The notes under the pieces: generated by a model | The model's database searches: none | What the model was told of the DNA's origin: nothing | Seen by the model: only the letters and a program-made list of their open reading frames with translations | In this document: positions 25,335-30,085 of the stretch, piece by piece | Numbering within the stretch: position 1 is the first letter of the stretch | Layout of the letters: each line of letters begins with the position of its first letter | Assembly (NCBI GenBank): GCA_963801165.1 | Contig: CAWDDT010000002.1 | Coordinates: 1 to 30,085, forward strand | Reading direction: 5' to 3' | DNA length: 30,085 nt | Source of the DNA: an uncultured bacterium | GTDB taxonomy: Bacteria > Actinomycetota > Acidimicrobiia > Spongiisociales > UBA5794 | Translations under genes and position numbers: made by a program

Positions 25335-26107
25335 TGGCCTGCCGCGGCCGGTTGGCTGTGGCGATAGAGGCTCAGCGCCAGGGTGTATGACACGACCAGG
25401 ATGCCGACGATCCAGGCCAGGGCGATCCAGATGTTGCTGCCGGCGGTGCCGTCTGTCAACAGTGAGCGCATCGTCTCGATGATCGGAGTCATCGGCTGGT
25501 TTTCGGCGAAGCCCCTCAGCAGCGGCGTCATCGAGTCTGTTGGTACGAACGACGGGCTGATGAAGAGGAGAAGCAGCAGGATGTAGGAGAAGGCACCGGC
25601 GCCTTCGGCCGTTTTGGCTAGCATGCCGAAGAACATTGCCATCCACGTCATGGCGAGCACGAACAACACCAGGACGAGCGTGAACGAAAGCCACCCGACA
25701 GTTCCTGACGCCGAACGAAACCCGACGATGACCGCCACGATCAGCACGAGAAGGCAGGAGAAGAGGTTCGATAGCGTCGACGACAAGGCCTGCCCGCTCA
25801 AGACCGACGAAGGCGCAACCGGCATGGTCCGGAACCGGCTGATGATGCCCTTCTGCAGGTCCATGCTGAGCCGCAGTGCGGCATAGGCGATGCCGCTGGC
25901 GACGGTCATGATGATCACTCCGGGTGTGATGTAGTCGACGTAGTCGATGGTGCCGGTCTGAGTACCGAGTGCGCCACCGAACACGTACACGAACAGCAGA
26001 AGCATCGCGATCGGCGTCAGGACGACTGTGATGATCGTGTCGAGGCTGCGCGTCGTGTGACGGAGGGATCGTTTCGCCATGGTCCAGGTGTCACTCAGCG
26101 CTCGCAT
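25331..26107 (-). CDS. ABC-2 type transporter permease (DrrB-like)
   Basis: P..MLLLFVYVFGG, YVDYITPG, GIISRFRTMP, FVP.DSM and NQP.TPIIET. About 6 TM. Confidence 0.92.
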   Translation of the reverse strand: MRALSDTWTMAKRSLRHTTRSLDTIITVVLTPIAMLLLFVYVFGGALGTQTGTIDYVDYITPGVIIMTVASGIAYAALRLSMDLQKGIISRFRTMPVAPSSVLSGQALSSTLSNLFSCLLVLIVAVIVGFRSASGTVGWLSFTLVLVLFVLAMTWMAMFFGMLAKTAEGAGAFSYILLLLLFISPSFVPTDSMTPLLRGFAENQPMTPIIETMRSLLTDGTAGSNIWIALAWIVGILVVSYTLALSLYRHSQPAAAGQ

Positions 26108-27044
26108 GCGAGTCCGTCCTTTCTTCTTCGAGGATCTTGAAGAACACGTCGTCGAGCGTTGCCGTCTGCCTCGAGAACCCGGTCGGTTCGATCCCGCGGT
26201 CTCTCAGCCGGATGAACATGTCCGCCATCTCGGCGATCGAGCCGGTGGTGGCCACCATCAGTTTCGAGTCAACGCGGCTGACGTGGTGGTGCTCCTCGAG
26301 GGTTGATTGCGCTGCGGCCAGCTGCTCTTGTTGGCTGAAGTCCAGTTCGACGAGGCCGGCAGGCACCAACGTCTTGAGCTTGTCGGGCGGGCCTTCGGCC
26401 ACGATTCGGCCGCCGTGGAGGATCGCAATCTGGTCGGCGAGACGGTCTGCCTCTTCGAGATATTGCGTGGTGAGAAAGACCGTGGTCCCTCTCTGGACCA
26501 GATCCCGGATGGTTTGCCACATGTTGGTGCGGCCCTGAGGATCGAGCCCGGTCGTCGGCTCGTCGAAGAAGATGATGGCTGCGTCGCCTATCAGGCTCAT
26601 AGCGATGTCGAGCCTGCGTCGCATTCCACCCGAGAAATTCAGCGTGCGACGATCGGCCGCTTCGTTCAGCTCGAACTGGTCGAGTAGTTGCACCGCCGTT
26701 CGCTCCGGGTCGGGAATGTGGCGCAACTTGCCGATCAGCACCAGGTTCTCGCGGGCGGTGAGCATGTAGTCCACCGCCGCGGACTGCCCGGTGAGGCTGA
26801 TCTGCTCGCGAACGTTGCCGGGTTGTGTCGCCACGTCGAAACCGGCGACTCGTGCGGTTCCCCGGTCGGCCTTGATCAGTGTCGTCAGGACATTGATCGT
26901 GGTCGTCTTGCCGGAGCCGTTCGCTCCGAGCAGAGCGAAGACCGTGCCCCGCTCGACGGTGAACGAGACGTCTTCGAGAACGGGCACTTCTTTGTAGCCC
27001 TTGTGGAGATTGGTTACCTCGATGGCGTTGGTTGTGTCAGGCAT
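26091..27044 (-). CDS. ABC transporter ATP-binding protein (DrrA-like)
   Basis: Walker A GANGSGKT, signature FSGGMRRR, Walker B IFFDEPTTGLDP, LTTQYLEEA and C-terminal TLDDVF. Confidence 0.95.
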   Translation of the reverse strand: MPDTTNAIEVTNLHKGYKEVPVLEDVSFTVERGTVFALLGANGSGKTTTINVLTTLIKADRGTARVAGFDVATQPGNVREQISLTGQSAAVDYMLTARENLVLIGKLRHIPDPERTAVQLLDQFELNEAADRRTLNFSGGMRRRLDIAMSLIGDAAIIFFDEPTTGLDPQGRTNMWQTIRDLVQRGTTVFLTTQYLEEADRLADQIAILHGGRIVAEGPPDKLKTLVPAGLVELDFSQQEQLAAAQSTLEEHHHVSRVDSKLMVATTGSIAEMADMFIRLRDRGIEPTGFSRQTATLDDVFFKILEEERTDSHASAE

Positions 27045-27924
27045 AGTCGTTTGTTCCTTGTTCCGACTTTGGGCGGGTGATCAGAACATCACCGAACGAT
27101 GTCCGGGCGCGAACCTGGACCGTTTCGGCAGACTGTTCGGGATCATCTGTGGGGGAGAGGGTGTTGTGGATCTGACCGAAGCTGGTGTTGGCGTCGATCC
27201 AGGCTGCGGTGCCCTCAGCGATTCCGATCTCGAGGCCGCCGCAGGCCGTCTCTAGCGTTGCCGATCCGCGGCTGATCTGACCAAGATGTATGTCACCGTT
27301 GGAAGTCTTTGCGTTGACATCGCGGCCTGCAGCTTCGATCGTGATGTCGCCGTTGGCCGACTTCACTCTGACGTCACCGTCGACTCGGCTGATCCATGTC
27401 TTGCCGTTGTGGTTCTTGATGTCGGCGGCGCCGTTGACGGTGCCGATGGTTATGTCGCCGGCGGTCACGACCTCGGCGTTGCCGGATGACCCCTCCAGGG
27501 TGACGCGACCCGCCCCGCTGTGAACGTGTAGTGAGCCGGCCTGGTCGATGCCCACGCTGCCTGCGCCCGTCTTGACGTCGACGTCGCCAAGGTTGCCAAC
27601 ACACCGAATGTCGGCGAAGCCGGCCTCAGCGGTGAGAGAGGAGCCCTCGGGGAGCTCAACGGTCACGTCGAGAGAGCCGCTCCTGCCCATCCCCAGATAT
27701 GCGGCGATCCCGCGTCGCCTGGGCGCTCTGACGGTGAGGCTCGCTCCGCTCAGATCGACCACCGTTTGCCTGGCCGTCTCGACGTCAACCTGCCTGTTCC
27801 GATCGCGGGGATTCACCGCAACCACCGTGTCGTTGCGGTCGCTGGCAATCACGTGGACCATGCCCATGCAATGCGTCAAATCGATCGAAACGGCGATGGG
27901 TTGGACCGTCTCAAATGAAGGCAT
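27037..27924 (-). CDS. DUF4097-family beta-strand repeat protein
   Basis: MPSFET..PI start followed by repeated K(T/S)xxGxI units (KTGAGSV, KNHNGKT, KSANGDI, KTSNGDI, RTSFGDV). AAGGAG RBS before ATG 27924. Confidence 0.85.
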   Translation of the reverse strand: MPSFETVQPIAVSIDLTHCMGMVHVIASDRNDTVVAVNPRDRNRQVDVETARQTVVDLSGASLTVRAPRRRGIAAYLGMGRSGSLDVTVELPEGSSLTAEAGFADIRCVGNLGDVDVKTGAGSVGIDQAGSLHVHSGAGRVTLEGSSGNAEVVTAGDITIGTVNGAADIKNHNGKTWISRVDGDVRVKSANGDITIEAAGRDVNAKTSNGDIHLGQISRGSATLETACGGLEIGIAEGTAAWIDANTSFGQIHNTLSPTDDPEQSAETVQVRARTSFGDVLITRPKSEQGTNDYA

Positions 27925-27959
27925 CTGTGCTCCTTGTCGGCTTGCGGAATCCGGTGTGT

Positions 27960-28466
27960 TCAACGCACCCACCCCGTGTATCGCTGGCTGCCCTTCGAGA
28001 ACTGTGTGGACTGTCTCGGGGGACCCTCGACGGCAGCCGCCGCGGTGCGCACCAGCCATGCGTTCAGTGACAGACCCTCACGACGCGCCGCTTCCTCTAT
28101 CCGCACCTTGAGTCCCTCGGGGAGCCGGAGGTTGAGCCTCGAGGTGCTTCCTTCTTCGCCCCCTCCGGGGACTAAGGCAGGAGACGTCGCAGTCCCGTCG
28201 ACCGCGCTACTGCTGAGCACCTCCGAAGGCAGGGTCACCACGAAGTCCGGGTCGGTACCACGGAGTCTGACTTCCACCGACCCGGGGGCGAGCTCGCTCG
28301 TGATCTCGTCGGCGGCGGCGGAAATCGTCTCGAGCAAGACCAGACGCGTCGCCGCCTCCAGACCACCCGAAAGACGCTCGATCACCGCTTTGCTCTCGGC
28401 GCCCCCGGTCTCCGCAGCGGCGATTAGGTGCTCACGCAGGGTCTCTACGTACATTGCAAGATTCAT
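27960..28466 (-). CDS. HicB-like ribbon-helix-helix DNA-binding protein, probable operon regulator
   Basis: AADEITSELAPGSVEVRLRG.DPDFVVT and C-terminal RLNLRLPEGLK.RIEEAA.REGLSLNAWLVR. Confidence 0.85.
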   Translation of the reverse strand: MNLAMYVETLREHLIAAAETGGAESKAVIERLSGGLEAATRLVLLETISAAADEITSELAPGSVEVRLRGTDPDFVVTLPSEVLSSSAVDGTATSPALVPGGGEEGSTSRLNLRLPEGLKVRIEEAARREGLSLNAWLVRTAAAAVEGPPRQSTQFSKGSQRYTGWVR

Positions 28467-28494
28467 GGTGCCACTATGGCACCTACGGTGGCAC
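28467..28494 (-). promoter_or_regulatory. Operator palindrome plus third half-site over a leaderless promoter
   Basis: GGTGCCA-CTA-TGGCACC (28467-28483) abuts the ATG. A further TGGCAC lies at 28489-28494. Minus-strand CATAGT is 6 nt before the ATG. Confidence 0.7.
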
Positions 28495-28615
28495 ATTTCA
28501 AGAGCCAATATGGCGGCGGCATCTCGAGTGGGGGCTGCGGCTGGCGTGCGGAGAGCTCGACGTGACGCTGGAGACCGTGGGGTGTGGCGGGACCGGAGTC
28601 GGTGCCGGCACTGTT

Positions 28616-28652
28616 TTGACAACACGTTTGTACAACCATATGGTTGTACAAA
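28616..28652 (+). promoter_or_regulatory. Sigma70-type leaderless promoter with a perfect 26-bp palindromic operator
   Basis: TTGACA (28616-28621), 17 bp, TATGGT (28639-28644), 7 nt, ATG. TTTGTACAACCATATGGTTGTACAAA (28627-28652) is its own reverse complement. Confidence 0.85.
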
Positions 28653-28987
28653 TGGAGACGACCATCGACCAAGACCGCATCTTCGGGGCGTTGTCCGATG
28701 CCACCCGGCGAGACATCGTCCGCCGCGCCATCGACGGTCGGGAGGGTGTTGCCGAACTGGCCGAGCACTACCCCATGAGTTTCGCTGCCGTGCAGAAGCA
28801 CATCGCGATTCTCGAACGGGCAGGATTGGTCACCAAGCATCAGACCGGACGCCGCAAGGTCGTGCGCACGAACCCGGCCGCCTTGACCGGCGCAAGGAGA
28901 CTGTTCGATCGATATGAGGAGCTATGGCGGGCGCGCATCGGGCGAATGGCCGATCTCATCAGCCAAACCCAGGAGGATCACCTATGA
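28652..28987 (+). CDS. ArsR/SmtB-family transcriptional regulator
   Basis: IFGALSDATRRDI, VAELAEHYPMSFAAVQKHIAILERAGLV and GRRK. Confidence 0.92.
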   Translation: METTIDQDRIFGALSDATRRDIVRRAIDGREGVAELAEHYPMSFAAVQKHIAILERAGLVTKHQTGRRKVVRTNPAALTGARRLFDRYEELWRARIGRMADLISQTQEDHL

Positions 28988-29478
28988 CCGTTGTCGCCGT
29001 AGCCAAGGACCCCCGCGCACTGACGATGACCGTCACGGCCGAGTTCGCCGCCACGCCGGAGCGGGTGTGGCAGCTCTGGGCCGATCCTCGTCAGCTCGAA
29101 CGCTGGTGGGGACCGCCCACGTATCCGGCGACGGTGACCGCACATGACGTGCGTGCCGGCGGACGGGTGGAGTACCACATGACCGGGCCTGAAGGCGATC
29201 AGCCCAAGGGTTATTGGGAGGTGGTGGAGACGGAGCCGCCGCATCGGCTTGTCTTCAGAGACGGCTTCCGGAACGACGACGGCACGCCGAACACCGAGAT
29301 GCCCATGACGACCGACCTGGTGACCATAGAGAATGTGGGCGGAGGCACGACGCGCATGTCCATTGAGGCGACGTTCCCGAGTACCGGGGCGCTGGAGCAG
29401 ATGCTGGCCATGGGCATGGAGGAGGGCATCAGGCAGGCCGTCGGCCAGATCGACGCCGTCCTCGCCGACGCCAGATGA
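28984..29478 (+). CDS. SRPBCC/AHSA1-like protein
   Basis: ERVWQLWADPRQLERWWGPP, YHMTGPEG and GMEEG. ATGA overlap with the ArsR stop. Confidence 0.9.
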   Translation: MTVVAVAKDPRALTMTVTAEFAATPERVWQLWADPRQLERWWGPPTYPATVTAHDVRAGGRVEYHMTGPEGDQPKGYWEVVETEPPHRLVFRDGFRNDDGTPNTEMPMTTDLVTIENVGGGTTRMSIEATFPSTGALEQMLAMGMEEGIRQAVGQIDAVLADAR

Positions 29479-29509
29479 CGTCCGTGACCGGCAACAGCGG
29501 GAGGCTGCA

Positions 29510-30085
29510 ATGGGCAGGACACTGACGGCAGCGAGCGTGTCGCTCGACGGGTACATTGCCGGGCCGAACGAAACCGGCTTCGAGCATCTGTTCGCCTGGT
29601 ACAACGCCGGAGAGATCGACTTCCCGAGCACGCACCCGGAAGTCTCGTTCCGGCTCACGGCTACGGACCACCGGTACCTGCAGGGGTGCGTCGATGGCGT
29701 TGGCGCCATGGTCGTCGGGCGGCGCTTGTTCGACCTAACCGACGGCTGGGGAGGTACCCACCCGTTCGACCGACCTGTGGTTGTGGTCACCCACCGCGAG
29801 CCCGAACAATGGGTGCACGCCCATCCCGACGCGCCGTTCACTTTCGTGACTGATGGATTGGCAAACGCCATCAACAAGGCGCATGAGATCGCAGGCGAGA
29901 AAGGCGTGGCAGTGACTGCCGGGAACCTGGCGAGCCAGTGTCTAGAACTCGGGCTCCTCGACGAGATCTGGCTCGACCTGGTGCCCGTCCTGCTCGGCAG
30001 CGGGGTACGGTTCTTCGACTAGCTCGGAAGCGCCCCTATCGAGCTGGATGGTCCCGATATCAGCGAAGGGGCCCGAGTCACCCAT
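29510..30085 (+). pseudogene. RibD C-terminal/dihydrofolate reductase-family gene interrupted by TAG at 30020-30022
   Basis: SVSLDGYIAGP, GRRLFD...GWGG, VVVVTH and LLDEI.LDLVPVLLGSGVRFFD, then a stop, then in-frame LGSAPIELDGPDISEGARVTH to the window end. GGGAGG RBS before ATG 29510. Confidence 0.7.

Noticed and set aside
27960-28466. HicAB toxin-antitoxin system
   Set aside because: There is no adjacent HicA-like toxin ORF, and the context is a transporter operon.
30020-30022. Pyrrolysine or genome-wide TAG recoding
   Set aside because: Other genes in the window end normally at TAG (for example 18113-18115 and 24968-24970), and no pyl genes are visible.

Overview
High-GC bacterial DNA that looks actinobacterial (inferred from gene content and several leaderless TANNNT-N6/7-ATG promoters). 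Bases 1-18115 hold an unusual lipid/polyketide cluster. On the minus strand, in order: an acyl-CoA dehydrogenase, a 2867-aa iterative type I PKS/FAS (KS-AT-KS-ACPx4-KR-DH), a 1844-aa single-chain acyl-CoA carboxylase with a eukaryote-type ACC central domain, and an Sfp-type PPTase cut by the window edge and absent from the ORF track. A FabK/FabX/nitronate-monooxygenase-family flavoprotein with four C-terminal Cys is transcribed divergently. All four carrier domains have Thr (LGVDTVK) at the canonical phosphopantetheine Ser, and both KS domains keep Cys-His-His. The rest (18389-30085) is accessory or housekeeping: VOC protein, degenerate tRNA-fMet 3' fragment, membrane protein, GH127, small barrel protein, HSDL2-like SDR, SRPBCC, D-cysteine desulfhydrase-family enzyme, an RHH-regulator/DUF4097/ABC-2 operon, and an ArsR-SRPBCC-RibD_C operon whose last gene has an in-frame amber stop. 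All family calls come from motif recognition by eye; no searches were run.
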